From: a virus | Lineage: Duplodnaviria > Caudoviricetes | DNA: 55,797 nucleotides | Direction: 5' to 3' (one strand) | Virus record (IMG/VR): IMGVR_UViG_3300020202_000007 | Location: 1-55,797 of that record | Shown: positions 1 through 9,658 of the stretch, piece by piece | How the letters are laid out: the number at the start of each line of letters is the position of its first letter | How positions within the stretch are numbered: the stretch's first letter is position 1 | Notes under the pieces: generated by a model | The model's input: the letters and a program-made list of their open reading frames with translations, nothing else | Database searches by the model: none | Told to the model about the DNA's origin: nothing | Translations under genes and position numbers: made by a program

Positions 1-127
1 CATCGTGGCCGCGCTGAAGAAATACATGGAACTGAAGATCGGCGGTGTGAATGACAAGAAAGGGCTGGCCGCCGTCCATGCCGCACGAATCGAGGCCCGC
101 GACGCGCGTATCGCCGTCGAGAAAACG
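1..127. repeat. Terminal direct repeat, copy 1 (circular assembly overlap)
   Basis: 1-127 is identical to 55671-55797. 127 is a common assembler k-mer length, and an ORF runs through the junction. Confidence 0.95.
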
Positions 128-1006
128 CGAAAGAAACTCAACGAGGAGGCGCTGGCTTGGCAGAAGAAGGTCAACGCCGAGGCCAAGCGCGTCACCGCTG
201 AGATCGAGCCAGTCGAAACCTACCTGCAAGAGCAGGAGGACGCTATTGAAGCCGAGAAGCAGCGGATCAGGGACGAGGCCGAGGCCAAACGCAAGGCCGT
301 CGTAAAGCAGCGATACGACGCGCTGCAAGCGGTTGGCTACACCGGCGACCTTACGGCAGTCCCGGAAATGTCCGACGAGCATTTCTCAATGGTGCTGTCG
401 GAGGCGGCAGACGCCAAGGCCGAGCGGGATCGAATAGCAGCGGAGGAGGCCCAAAGACAAGCGGCCGAGCAGGAGCGACTCAGGAAACTGGAGGCCGAGC
501 AGGCCGAGGCCCGCCGCAAGGCGGAGGAGCAGGCCGCCGAACAACGCCGCAAAGAGCAGGAGGCGATGGCGGCCGAGCGAGCGCGGTTGGCGGAAATCCA
601 GAAACAACAAGAGGCCGAGGCGGCAAAGCTGCGAGCTGAGCAAGAGCGGATTGCTGCCGAAAAGGCCGAGCACGAGCGGCAGGTTGCGATAGAGAAGGCC
701 CGACAGGAAGCGGCCGAGCGCGCCAAAAGGGAAACCGAGGAGCGTATCGCGCGGGAAGCCGCCGAGAGAAAGGCAGCCGAGGAGCGTAAGGCGGCGCAGG
801 CCAAGGCGGAGTCCGAAGCGGCAGAAGCGGCGCGGATCAAGGCGGAACAAGAACGACCGCACCGCGAGAAGATTCTGGCGATTGCTGACGCCATCGACGC
901 GATGAAATCGCCGGAAGGGCCGAAGCACGACGCTGTTGCGCTGGCATTGTCGGAGTGTGCGGTCAGGATTCGCGGTATCGCTAACGGGAAGACCGGCAAG
1001 CCCTAG
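5..1006 (+). CDS. Coiled-coil A/E/K/R-rich phage protein; true start ATG 55603 across the origin
   Basis: ATG at 55603 follows an AGGAG RBS and reads MTAAAEAEATIPDQLAVFRKQDAIVAALKKY in frame into this ORF. It is a long charged helix directly downstream of the Sak-like gene. Confidence 0.85.
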   Translation: MAALKKYMELKIGGVNDKKGLAAVHAARIEARDARIAVEKTRKKLNEEALAWQKKVNAEAKRVTAEIEPVETYLQEQEDAIEAEKQRIRDEAEAKRKAVVKQRYDALQAVGYTGDLTAVPEMSDEHFSMVLSEAADAKAERDRIAAEEAQRQAAEQERLRKLEAEQAEARRKAEEQAAEQRRKEQEAMAAERARLAEIQKQQEAEAAKLRAEQERIAAEKAEHERQVAIEKARQEAAERAKRETEERIAREAAERKAAEERKAAQAKAESEAAEAARIKAEQERPHREKILAIADAIDAMKSPEGPKHDAVALALSECAVRIRGIANGKTGKP

Positions 1007-1020
1007 CCAGAGAAGAAGCC

Positions 1021-1500
1021 ATGACACGGATGCGAAAGCGATTTCTCAAATGCTCCGGCCTGGAAGACTGGCAAACCGAGTCGTGCGCCATCTGCCATCG
1101 TGGGTTTGAATGCAATCGGGATGTCCAGCGAACTAATGGCGTTCTGTACCACCGCTCATGCGCTGCAAGGACTGGCATTAGGGGGAGGTATCGAGGAGTA
1201 ACCTACGTGGCGAAGCGTGGAAAGTGGCTGGCTTACATTTCTGGGCACAAGTTCCGCGGCCCATTCTCAACAGAAATTGAAGCCGCCCAGGTTTACAACG
1301 AAATGGCCATCGCCTACTTCGGCGACAAGGCCATCCTGAACGAACTCCCTGGAGACCCCGAGCCGCCGACACCGGATGAAATCGCCCAGGCGTGCGCCGA
1401 GATTCGGAACGGCTGGAGGGAATCGGAGTACGCAGAACGCGCCCCGCACTTGGCGCGACCCCTGGCACGCGACTGGCTGGAAGCGTGGAGGACTGCGTAA
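1021..1500 (+). CDS. AP2-domain DNA-binding protein with an N-terminal Cys/His cluster
   Basis: YRGVTYVAKRGKWLAYISG...GPFSTEIEAAQVYNEMAIAYFGDKAILN matches the AP2 consensus. CAIC...HRSC may bind zinc. Confidence 0.8.
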   Translation: MTRMRKRFLKCSGLEDWQTESCAICHRGFECNRDVQRTNGVLYHRSCAARTGIRGRYRGVTYVAKRGKWLAYISGHKFRGPFSTEIEAAQVYNEMAIAYFGDKAILNELPGDPEPPTPDEIAQACAEIRNGWRESEYAERAPHLARPLARDWLEAWRTA

Positions 1501-2678
1501 TGACGCGAATGAGAAAGCGATTTCTTGACTGCCCCGGCCTGGACATGGAGCAAGCCGCATCGTTCGGCCGCGACCTGTCCGAATTCCAGCGCGATGTCAT
1601 GTTCTGGATTGGCGACCTCGCCCGCTATGCGGAAGCGCGCTGGCCCGACACCTGGCAGCAGGTTTTCCCGGAGTGGGTTTCGCCTGGAATGATCGCGCGG
1701 GCGGCGGGCGTCTGCCGAGCCTATCCAAACGAAGCTGATCGGGAGATCGACGCGACCTACAGCCAGTACACCCAGAACGCCGGGCACATGGACCGGCTGA
1801 CGCGCCTGGCACGGATTGTCGAGAAGGGGCTGACCACCGACGAATCGCGAGCAGCCGACAAGCAGGAGCGAGACGAGCAGCGCCAGCGATGGCTGCTCTG
1901 TGTGGACGTGCATTATTTTTTGCATCGCTTCTGGTTTTCCGGCGCCGGCGTCGAAGCGGCGGTTGGGGTAGCGACCTGGATTCAGCGGACGGTCGAACGA
2001 CTGAAAGAAAAGGGGCTCACCGACTGCGCCTGCTGCTTCGACTCGAAGACCAACCACCGCAAGGAATTCACGAAGGACTGGGAGGACCGCTATAAGGACC
2101 GCCCGCCGAAGGATGCGGAACTCGCGCAGCAGTTGAACCTCGTGCATGAGCTGCTTCAGGGTCGCGGCTTCGCCTGCGTCTCGCTCGAGGGCATGGAAGC
2201 GGACGACGTGATGGCGTCATTCGCGAAACAGTTTCCGGGGCGAGTGACGCTGCTTACCCAGGACAAGGACTGCCGCCAATGCCTGAGCTGTAAGTGCAAC
2301 ATGCTGCTCGACGTCGAATGGACTGAGGATGAAACGACCGGCGACCATCTCCCGACTTACAAATGGCTCAGCGCCAAGGATCACACGGAAGCGACGGGGA
2401 TTCCTCCGGGCCAGTGGGCCGAATACCAGACGATCATGGGCGACGCCACGGATGGGATTAAAGGCGCGGCCGGCATCGGCGAGAAGGGCTCCGCCGATCT
2501 GGTGAAGCTGTTCGGTACGGTCGAAGCGGCCATCGCCGCGGCCAAGGCCGATGACGAACGCATCAAGCCGGCCAAGCGCAAGGCGCTGATCGACTTCGAG
2601 TGCAAGCTCGAAGTGACGCGGAAGCTCGTGACGCTGCGAGAGGATTTGCCTCTACCCAACACAACGAGGATCACTTAA
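1500..2678 (+). CDS. 5'-3' exonuclease / flap endonuclease (PolI N-terminal, T5-like) with an extra N-terminal domain
   Basis: Motifs CCFD, YKDR, EADDVMAS, QDKDCRQ and GDATDGIKGAAGIGEKG (helix-hairpin-helix). Start ATG 1500 overlaps the upstream stop (TAATG). Confidence 0.9.
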   Translation: MTRMRKRFLDCPGLDMEQAASFGRDLSEFQRDVMFWIGDLARYAEARWPDTWQQVFPEWVSPGMIARAAGVCRAYPNEADREIDATYSQYTQNAGHMDRLTRLARIVEKGLTTDESRAADKQERDEQRQRWLLCVDVHYFLHRFWFSGAGVEAAVGVATWIQRTVERLKEKGLTDCACCFDSKTNHRKEFTKDWEDRYKDRPPKDAELAQQLNLVHELLQGRGFACVSLEGMEADDVMASFAKQFPGRVTLLTQDKDCRQCLSCKCNMLLDVEWTEDETTGDHLPTYKWLSAKDHTEATGIPPGQWAEYQTIMGDATDGIKGAAGIGEKGSADLVKLFGTVEAAIAAAKADDERIKPAKRKALIDFECKLEVTRKLVTLREDLPLPNTTRIT

Positions 2679-2841
2679 CCGAAACAAGCGACTTGAGTAG
2701 CAGCAGGCCCTACTCAGAAATGAGTCAGTCGTGGATGACCTGGATAAGCTCGCGCGGGCTAAACGAGCTGCAGATGCAGCACCGGGCGCGGCCTGCTGCT
2801 GCTCAAGTCGCTTCTCGCACCACAACGAGGAAAGGACTGCA

Positions 2842-3072
2842 ATGCCTACCATCCGCAAGAAAAACAATCTCAAGCAATTCATCATCACCGCGGCCGAGAA
2901 GCGGCGATTCGACGACGTGATTGAGTGCTTGAAGTACGTCGAATTCGCGCGCGACAAGGACGATCTCCTGACCAAAAGCTCTGGGAAGCTGGCCGAAGAC
3001 CTCGCGGCGCTGGCGGACGCGATGGCCAAGCCGCTGGCGAAGCGAACCGATTTGGCTGGCCCAGGAAAGTAG
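2842..3072 (+). CDS. Hypothetical protein (MPTIRKKNNLKQ...)
   Basis: AAGGA RBS before ATG 2842; operon context. Confidence 0.6.
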   Translation: MPTIRKKNNLKQFIITAAEKRRFDDVIECLKYVEFARDKDDLLTKSSGKLAEDLAALADAMAKPLAKRTDLAGPGK

Positions 3073-3074
3073 TC

Positions 3075-3320
3075 GTGCTTGATTTCGACGAGGACGACAT
3101 GCTCATCACCCCCTATCGCGTCGTTCCCGATCGCGGCCGCGCAGGGCAATTCGAATCGAACGTGTGCGAGTCATTCACCGCAGAGCAGCTTGACGCGCTC
3201 GCTCCGCTTGAACCGGACGACGCGAGGGAAATGGGGGCCTACACCACCCCCCGCTCCGAAACGATCTCGCGTGTGCAGAAGCGGATTCAGGCTGCCAGGA
3301 GGCTGAAGTATGGCGGTTAA
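3075..3320 (+). CDS. Hypothetical protein
   Basis: GTG 3075 follows AGGA; the ORF fills the gap and overlaps the next start. Confidence 0.5.
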   Translation: MLDFDEDDMLITPYRVVPDRGRAGQFESNVCESFTAEQLDALAPLEPDDAREMGAYTTPRSETISRVQKRIQAARRLKYGG

Positions 3321-3783
3321 GCAAAGGAAGAAGTCAGCCGGCGGCCTGCCAGCCAAGGGCCGGCTCCGGGATATGGCCGATACCCTCTGGTCGCTGGCCG
3401 TCCGCGGCGACTGGGCGAACAAGTGCGCCGTCTGCGGGGCGCGAGACTGCGAAGCCCATCACCTGGTTCCCAGGCAGCACGAGGCCACGCGGTACGACCT
3501 GCGAAACGGCATTGCCCTCTGCGCCAGTTGCCATCAGTTCGACCGCGACCTGTCACCGCATCAGAATTCCGCCGGCTGGATCAAGTGGCTGGAGTGGCAT
3601 CACCCGACCCTGGCAGAGTGGTACTTCGAGCATTGCCGGCCGAAGTTCGAGGGCACGAAGAACGCCGCGTATTACTGCGGCGTGATTCAATCGCTTCGCC
3701 AGTACGTTGATCCCGTGGACTTCGACCGAATCGTGGGCGTGAAATTCGGCCGGCATTTGGAGGAAGTCAATGACGTTGTTTGA
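3310..3783 (+). CDS. NinG/Rap-like HNH-fold nuclease
   Basis: LWSLAVR...CAVCG...EAHHLVPR...TRYDLRNGIALCASCH. Confidence 0.75.
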   Translation: MAVKQRKKSAGGLPAKGRLRDMADTLWSLAVRGDWANKCAVCGARDCEAHHLVPRQHEATRYDLRNGIALCASCHQFDRDLSPHQNSAGWIKWLEWHHPTLAEWYFEHCRPKFEGTKNAAYYCGVIQSLRQYVDPVDFDRIVGVKFGRHLEEVNDVV

Positions 3784-4660
3784 TACCGATCCAGAAATGA
3801 AAATCTCCGCGATATCGCCGTGGTTTGGCAGCAAGCGGAATCTTGCGCCTATCATCGTGCGAGAGTTGGGTCCGCATCGAAAGTACGACGAGCCTTTTTG
3901 CGGATCGTGTGCCGTCCTCCTCGCCAAAACGCCAGCCACATGCGAGACCGTCAATGACCTCCACGGAGATTTAATCAACCTCGCCCGAGTGCTGCAAGGC
4001 GAATCAACTTCCGTCGAGCTTTACGGGCGACTCTCGCGGATGCTAATGCACGAAGAGTTGTTTCATGAGGCCGCGTTGCGATGGCGGGCGCAAGGGAATG
4101 TCCCGGCTGATGCTGAGCCAAATTTAGATCGCGCAGCCGACTACATGATCTGTTCGTGGTTTGGCAGGAATGGCGTTGCCGGCACGTCGTCTTACAACCA
4201 AGGCTTTTGTGTTCGCTATACGAAGAACGGCGGGCACGCGGCGAAGCGATGGGTGTCGGCAGTCGATTCGATCCCGGCTTGGCATTGGCGACTGAGGCAC
4301 GTCACGATCCTAAACCGTGATGGATTTGAGCTACTTGAACGCCTGGAGGATGGCAAAGCCTGCGCGATCTATTGTGATCCGCCGTACATCGTGAAGGGTG
4401 CGAAGTACGTGCATGACTTCAGGGAAGGCGACCACAAGCGGCTTGCTGAGTCGCTTTCAAGATTCAAGACGACGCGGATCGTGGTCAGCTACTACGACCA
4501 TCCGGCACTCGCCGACCTCTATCCCGGATGGGCCGTCGTTCACTTGAAAGCCACGAAGGCGCTGGTGAATCAAGGCATGAGAGACGGTTCGGGCGGTGTC
4601 TCGGCCCCCGAGGTTCTGCTCATCAATGGAGAGAGTTACACAACCCCGAAAGGAGTCTGA
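3770..4660 (+). CDS. Dam-type (D12 class) N6-adenine DNA methyltransferase
   Basis: PWFGSK, EPFCGS (SAM binding), VNDL, IYCDPPY (catalytic), EVLLIN. Confidence 0.92.
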   Translation: MTLFDTDPEMKISAISPWFGSKRNLAPIIVRELGPHRKYDEPFCGSCAVLLAKTPATCETVNDLHGDLINLARVLQGESTSVELYGRLSRMLMHEELFHEAALRWRAQGNVPADAEPNLDRAADYMICSWFGRNGVAGTSSYNQGFCVRYTKNGGHAAKRWVSAVDSIPAWHWRLRHVTILNRDGFELLERLEDGKACAIYCDPPYIVKGAKYVHDFREGDHKRLAESLSRFKTTRIVVSYYDHPALADLYPGWAVVHLKATKALVNQGMRDGSGGVSAPEVLLINGESYTTPKGV

Positions 4661-4662
4661 GC

Positions 4663-4839
4663 ATGTTGGTTTTATCGAGGAAGAAGAACGAAAGCATCGT
4701 CATCGGCAAGGACATCACGATCGTCGTGGTCGAAGTCCGCGGAGACAAGGTGCGGCTGGGCACTGAGGCCCCTGACGATGTTTCCGTGCATCGCCAGGAA
4801 GTGTTTGACGCGATTCAGCGAGAGGGAAAACGTGCCTAA
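4663..4839 (+). CDS. csrA: Carbon storage regulator CsrA/RsmA homologue
   Basis: [54 protein letters not shown] is a canonical CsrA sequence with the conserved HR motif. AAGGAG RBS. Confidence 0.95.
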   Translation: MLVLSRKKNESIVIGKDITIVVVEVRGDKVRLGTEAPDDVSVHRQEVFDAIQREGKRA

Positions 4840-5782
4840 GTCCCTCTCCATCGACCTGCTCCGCATCGACGCCGGCACTCAGAACCGCGTCTCCATCAAC
4901 GAGGACGTGGTGGAGGACTACGCCGAACTCATCGCCCAGAGCAACGGGAAGTGGCCGTTCGCGCCGCTGGACGTGTTCCACGATGGGAGCGATTACTACG
5001 TCGGCGACGGCTTCCACCGGACTCTGGGGGCCAAGCGGGCGAATCGATCCTCAATTCCCTGCGAGATCCACAAGGGGACCGCCAGGGACGCCCGCATCTT
5101 CGGGATGACCGCGAACGACCGGCACGGACTGCGGATGAGCCGAGCCGACAAACGCGCATGCGTTGAGTGGCTCTTGGACAATGAGCCGCAGATGACCCAG
5201 GAGGAGATTGGGCGTAAGGCCGGAGTAAGTAAGCGTTTAGTGCAATTTATCGCGGCCGAGCGACGGTCCAAAAAAGCGCAAATTGCGCCTTTTGGCGGTT
5301 CCCGGCAAGGCTCAACCAGCGCCAAGGGGAAGCCGGGAAGCGTCGCGAACCAAAACGCGCCGCCAAGCCAGACCCCCGCCTCGTCCGCCCCGACCGGCGA
5401 GGCCGCTGATTCTTCAGGAGAGGACGAGCGAACGGATTCACCGGGCACGAAGCCCCAGGAACACGACCCCCGGCCGCCGAGGAACGGCAAGGCCGGGCCG
5501 GGGGTCTCTCAAGATTACGGGAAGTGCCCGAACTGTGCTTCGACGAAATGGACCTCCGACGAATTCGGGGTGAGCTGCGCCAAGTGCCACCATCCGCATG
5601 GTGAGCCAGTAGGCAACACCGATGAAGAACGGATCAGCACGCAGCGGCAGAAGACGGTCAAGACGGCGGAAGCCCTAATGCGCGCGTTCGATGACCTCAA
5701 TGCGCTGCTGGCGAAGCCTGAGCACGTGGAAGCGATTGCTTCGTGCAAGTTCTTACTCAAGACAGCGAGGGCGTGGAAATGA
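4832..5782 (+). CDS. ParB/Srx-like N-terminal domain protein with HTH and zinc finger
   Basis: [12 protein letters not shown] (ParB-N), [16 protein letters not shown] (HTH), CPNC...CAKC. GTG start overlaps csrA. Confidence 0.75.
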   Translation: MPKSLSIDLLRIDAGTQNRVSINEDVVEDYAELIAQSNGKWPFAPLDVFHDGSDYYVGDGFHRTLGAKRANRSSIPCEIHKGTARDARIFGMTANDRHGLRMSRADKRACVEWLLDNEPQMTQEEIGRKAGVSKRLVQFIAAERRSKKAQIAPFGGSRQGSTSAKGKPGSVANQNAPPSQTPASSAPTGEAADSSGEDERTDSPGTKPQEHDPRPPRNGKAGPGVSQDYGKCPNCASTKWTSDEFGVSCAKCHHPHGEPVGNTDEERISTQRQKTVKTAEALMRAFDDLNALLAKPEHVEAIASCKFLLKTARAWK

Positions 5783-6189
5783 AACCGATGATGATCGTGC
5801 CGCCCGGCACATTCTCTCCAGAGGATTTGGCGCTACTGCGCGAGAACGGCCTGTGCGTCGTGGAGACTGCCGAGCCTTCCAGGGTGCGGTTCGTGGACCC
5901 GCTGCCGGCGGTGTCGAGTCGAACGCAAATCGAAAACGCTGCGATTGGCTTGTCTCGATTGCTTCTGAACAACGAGGGGCCGTGGAAGTGGACCGAAGAG
6001 ACGTGCGGAAAATTCGCGACGATGTACGCGCGATTGCTGATTAAAGGCACTCCGCTGGACATGCAGGCATTGCAGACCGAGCGGCTCAATCAGCAGGCAT
6101 TTGACGACGCCAAGGCGGACGAACTTCGCAAGCTCGCTCGCGAAGAAGCGAGGGCTGAACGCGCCGCGAAAAAGGCTGAGAAGAAATGA
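5779..6189 (+). CDS. Hypothetical protein
   Basis: ATGA overlaps at both ends. Confidence 0.7.
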   Translation: MKPMMIVPPGTFSPEDLALLRENGLCVVETAEPSRVRFVDPLPAVSSRTQIENAAIGLSRLLLNNEGPWKWTEETCGKFATMYARLLIKGTPLDMQALQTERLNQQAFDDAKADELRKLAREEARAERAAKKAEKK

Positions 6190-7775
6190 TCGCGCTCCCG
6201 TCCTTATATCCGCACCAGGAAGACCTGCGCGACAGGACGCGCGCCGCCCTGGCCAAGCACGGGCGGGTGATCCTCTGCGCCCAAACGGGCATGGGGAAGA
6301 CCCGCACGGCGAAGTGGATTCTGGGGGCGTCGGCGAATCGGGAGCCGCTGCCGAACCAGACCGGGCGGAGCCTGTTCTGCGTTCACCGTAGGGGGCTTGT
6401 TGACAACGCCAGCGACTCATTCTCGGAAGACCCGGCCCTACCCCATGCCGTCATCATGTCGGGACGGGAAACCGCTTACGGACGGCGGGTGCAAGTGGCG
6501 AGCATCGACACGCTTCTCAGTTGGTTCATTGAGAACGGAACCTATCCCTCCGACGTCACGTTCGACCTGATCGTGTGGGATGAAGCTCATTCCCATCACC
6601 CGAAGTTCGCGAAGTTCCTGAAGTACCACGATGACCGCCGGGAATCGCTCGGCCAGCGCCCGGCTTACGTGATCGGCCTGACGGCGACTCCCCAGGCCCA
6701 GGGGCTGGCGGACGTTTACAAGGAAATCGTGCTGGGCCCGTCAACCCAGTGGCTCATTGACAATCATTTTTTGTCGCCGTTTCGGTACTTCCGAGCGACC
6801 CAGGGGAGGCTCGGGCTGCTCGTGAAGCGCGGGGGCGAATTCACCAAGGATTCCGAAGCCGCCGCGATGGACGGGCTGGCGGGTGATCTTGTGCGGGACT
6901 GGAAGCGGTTCGCCGACGGGCGCCCGACGGTCGGATTCTTCCCACGGCGAAGCCACGCCCAGGACGCCCGAGCTCAGCTCGAGGCCGCCGGTCTGCGCGT
7001 GGGCTACGTGGACGGGGAAACGGAAGACGCAGCCCGGAAGACGATCTTCAGCCAACTGAATCACCACCAGATCGATTACCTCTGTAACGTCCAGGTGGTC
7101 GAGAGGGGAACGGATATTCCGAGGATCGGCTGTGTGCAGCTCTGCGTGGCGATCGGTTCGGTGGTCAGGTATCGGCAGATGGTCGGTCGTGGAAGCCGCG
7201 TCCACCCGGACAAAACTGACTGCCTCGTTCTCGATCACGGCGGGAACATTCTCAGGCACGGGTTCTTTGAAGACGATCCTCTCTGGTCCCTGGACATCAC
7301 CACGAAGGAGCCGGGCGAGCAGGGAGCCAGGCCCACGATCGAATGCCCCAAGTGTCAGGCGATTTACCGTGGGGGCCGGTGCCGGAACTGCGGCTATGAA
7401 CCGAGCCGTGCGGAGCGGCGCGGGCAGGGGCTGGAATTCAACGGGGTCGAGTTAGTTGAGGTCTCGCGAGAGGAGAAGCCGGCCAATGTTCGTTCGGCTG
7501 AGCAACTGATGATTTCGGCGATGTACGCGGCCGGGCGGGCTGGCCGGACGTGGAAGCAGGCTTGCGCCATCTTCCGCCGCATGAGCGAGAAGCAGGGGAC
7601 GAGCGACAAGGTTCCAGCGAGCGTGGTCGTCGGCGGCCACCGCTATCGGTGCCCGCGGTACGGCTCGGACGACGCGAATCGTCGCGTAGCTCAGCTTTAT
7701 CCGTTCACGGTGCAGCGAGGTCACGGCGGGGAGTATGAGGTTTCAGAAACCGCGAGCGTCGGAGCGCCGTACTGA
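6186..7775 (+). CDS. Superfamily 2 (DEAH) helicase with a C-terminal zinc ribbon
   Basis: QTGMGKT (Walker A), WDEAH, GLTATP, QMVGRGSR, CPKC...CRNC. Confidence 0.93.
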   Translation: MIALPSLYPHQEDLRDRTRAALAKHGRVILCAQTGMGKTRTAKWILGASANREPLPNQTGRSLFCVHRRGLVDNASDSFSEDPALPHAVIMSGRETAYGRRVQVASIDTLLSWFIENGTYPSDVTFDLIVWDEAHSHHPKFAKFLKYHDDRRESLGQRPAYVIGLTATPQAQGLADVYKEIVLGPSTQWLIDNHFLSPFRYFRATQGRLGLLVKRGGEFTKDSEAAAMDGLAGDLVRDWKRFADGRPTVGFFPRRSHAQDARAQLEAAGLRVGYVDGETEDAARKTIFSQLNHHQIDYLCNVQVVERGTDIPRIGCVQLCVAIGSVVRYRQMVGRGSRVHPDKTDCLVLDHGGNILRHGFFEDDPLWSLDITTKEPGEQGARPTIECPKCQAIYRGGRCRNCGYEPSRAERRGQGLEFNGVELVEVSREEKPANVRSAEQLMISAMYAAGRAGRTWKQACAIFRRMSEKQGTSDKVPASVVVGGHRYRCPRYGSDDANRRVAQLYPFTVQRGHGGEYEVSETASVGAPY

Positions 7776-8305
7776 TGGAACTTCGCAAGCCGACAAACTG
7801 CTGGTGCAAAGGCGGCTGGAAAGCCAAGAGCCTGCGCTGGGGCTGCCTGAAACGGGAGAAGGACAGATCGCTTCTGTACTGCAAGGACTGCCGGCATGAA
7901 TGGTGGTCGTTCCGAAGCTACGCGGCCTCGATTCCCATGTGGGTCAAGGAAGTGCGTTCCGGGATGACCGACCAGGACATCATGAACCGTATCGTCTCCG
8001 GCTCCCTGCGCGTGATTGAGAGGAAGGAACTGGTGATCGTCGAGTCGATTACTCCCAATCACGGAATTACGAGACTGAAGCAGATCGAGCGGCAAGTTCA
8101 TCCGTATACGACCTACCGTTTCGTGAACATCTCCTGCGGCGGGCTCCAGAAGAAGATCGCCGTTCACCGCTTGAATTGGATGTTCAACCACAAGCGGCTC
8201 GTTCCCGAAGGCTTTCACGTTGACCACGAAAACGGGCGCGGGGACGTGATCGACAACCTGAGATTACTTCCGGCGGCGGAAAACTGCCGGACCAATGTTG
8301 CATGA
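7775..8305 (+). CDS. HNH endonuclease-like protein
   Basis: IAVHRLNW...FHVDHENG...DNLRLLPAAEN; N-terminal Cys cluster. Confidence 0.7.
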   Translation: MELRKPTNCWCKGGWKAKSLRWGCLKREKDRSLLYCKDCRHEWWSFRSYAASIPMWVKEVRSGMTDQDIMNRIVSGSLRVIERKELVIVESITPNHGITRLKQIERQVHPYTTYRFVNISCGGLQKKIAVHRLNWMFNHKRLVPEGFHVDHENGRGDVIDNLRLLPAAENCRTNVA

Positions 8306-8601
8306 CCGACCTTTCCGAACAACTTCGCGAGCGATTCGACGCCAAGCCGGACGCCTGGACGCTGGCATGGTGGCGGGAACAGTTCCAGGAGGTCCTGAAG
8401 GGCTACCGCGGAGCAACCCACGGCATCAACCGAGCATTGGCGGAGTACGAAGACGCTTGCACGAAACTCACGGAACTGCGCGAGTTGGTTCAGTCGCTGG
8501 CACAGGACCGCGAAGCCGACCGGGCGAAGATCGGTGAGCTTCAGGCGAGGGTGGAACGGATGGCGGAGTACCTGAACAAGTCGAAAGGGCAGAAGTTATG
8601 A
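8302..8601 (+). CDS. Hypothetical coiled-coil protein
   Basis: ATGA coupling; heptad pattern. Confidence 0.7.
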   Translation: MTDLSEQLRERFDAKPDAWTLAWWREQFQEVLKGYRGATHGINRALAEYEDACTKLTELRELVQSLAQDREADRAKIGELQARVERMAEYLNKSKGQKL

Positions 8602-8768
8602 CCGTTGCCGAGTTGGCTAACCTCGTCGCCGAAATGAGGCACGCCCAGACCAATTATTTCCGCACACGGAGCAATTCCGCCCTAGAAGAATCCAAACGCC
8701 TGGAACGTAAGGTAGACGAAGCCTGCCAGGCGATTCTGGACGGACAGAAGAAGCTGTTTGGGCCATGA
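8598..8768 (+). CDS. Small hypothetical protein (56 aa, MTVAELANLVAEMRHAQ...)
   Basis: Read manually because it is below the ORF-track cutoff. ATGA overlap with the upstream stop. Confidence 0.7.
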   Translation: MTVAELANLVAEMRHAQTNYFRTRSNSALEESKRLERKVDEACQAILDGQKKLFGP

Positions 8769-9085
8769 AAGCGATTCACATAGCCCCCTGTTGGGCAAAA
8801 CGGTTCAACAGCACAGCTACCGACCGCTGAGGCGACAAAGGCTGTGCGACAAAGACCTACACCCGCCTAAGCGAGGGTAGTCACAAGGAAGCTGACGACA
8901 TCGCCGAGGGACGCGCCGGATGGCGCCGGGAGGCAAGGGGCCGTGAGGTACCAAAGGGGCCGCAGAGGAGCGGCCGATTGCAGCGGCTTAAAATAAATGC
9001 GGCTTGGAAGTATTGCGCGCTGAGACACCAGCGCCAGGGAGCGAGCCAGGCTGACCCCGGTGGAGGACAACCCCAAGGAGAACTT
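8769..9085 (+). ncRNA. Candidate structured RNA with multiple hairpins and GGA loops
   Basis: About 315-nt gap in an otherwise tightly coupled operon. Stems include GCACAGC/GCTGTGC, GCGCC-GGAT-GGCGC, GGCCGC-AGAGGA-GCGGCC and GCGCTG/CAGCGC. Confidence 0.45.
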
Positions 9086-9511
9086 ATGAAGATTTACATT
9101 GCATCGTCATGGAAGAATCAGCACGCCGTGGAACTCATCACCGAGGGCTTGCGTTCACGCGGGCATGAGGTGCTGTCGTTTGTCGAGAACAATCACGGCG
9201 AGCTAATGGGCCACAAGGCATCAGAGGACGGCAAGCCGATGGCGCTTGACGAATGGTGCATGTCCGAGCGAGGCCGTAAATCGTTCGATTACGACACCAA
9301 GGGCGCGACAGAATCTGACCTCGTGATTTACGTCGGCCCGTCCGGCTGTGATGCCTGGGCGGAAGTCGGAGCGGCGTGGTCTCGCGGCGTGCCAATCATC
9401 GGCCTGCTGTCCAAGGGCGAACAAGTCGGGCTGATGCGCCGCATGGTCCTCTGGGTGCATAACGTGCGCGAGTTGTGGACGAAGTTCGATTCATTGGCGA
9501 AGGCGGCCTAA
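9086..9511 (+). CDS. Nucleoside 2-deoxyribosyltransferase-like protein
   Basis: KIYIASSW...SDLVIYVGPSGCDAWAEVGAAW..GVPII fits the NDT fold. AAGGAG RBS. Confidence 0.7.
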   Translation: MKIYIASSWKNQHAVELITEGLRSRGHEVLSFVENNHGELMGHKASEDGKPMALDEWCMSERGRKSFDYDTKGATESDLVIYVGPSGCDAWAEVGAAWSRGVPIIGLLSKGEQVGLMRRMVLWVHNVRELWTKFDSLAKAA

Positions 9512-9623
9512 CCACCTGACGCGGAGAGGGAGGGGCGCGAGGGAAATAAATGGTAACTATCCCTTTCACTCATCATCCGTAGTGCGGCGTACCGCATTCC
9601 GTCCAGGTTTTTAGGCAATACGC

Positions 9624-9651
9624 TTGACGCATCACGCCGACTTGTTAAAGT
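9624..9651 (+). promoter_or_regulatory. Putative sigma70 promoter inside the IS left end
   Basis: TTGACG-16 nt-TAAAGT, 7 nt before ATG 9659. Confidence 0.45.
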
Positions 9652-9658
9652 TATACGC

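Noticed and set aside
5-1006. TolA or tape-measure assignment for the A/E/K/R-rich protein
   Set aside because: Only compositional similarity. It has no TM anchor and sits in the recombination module.
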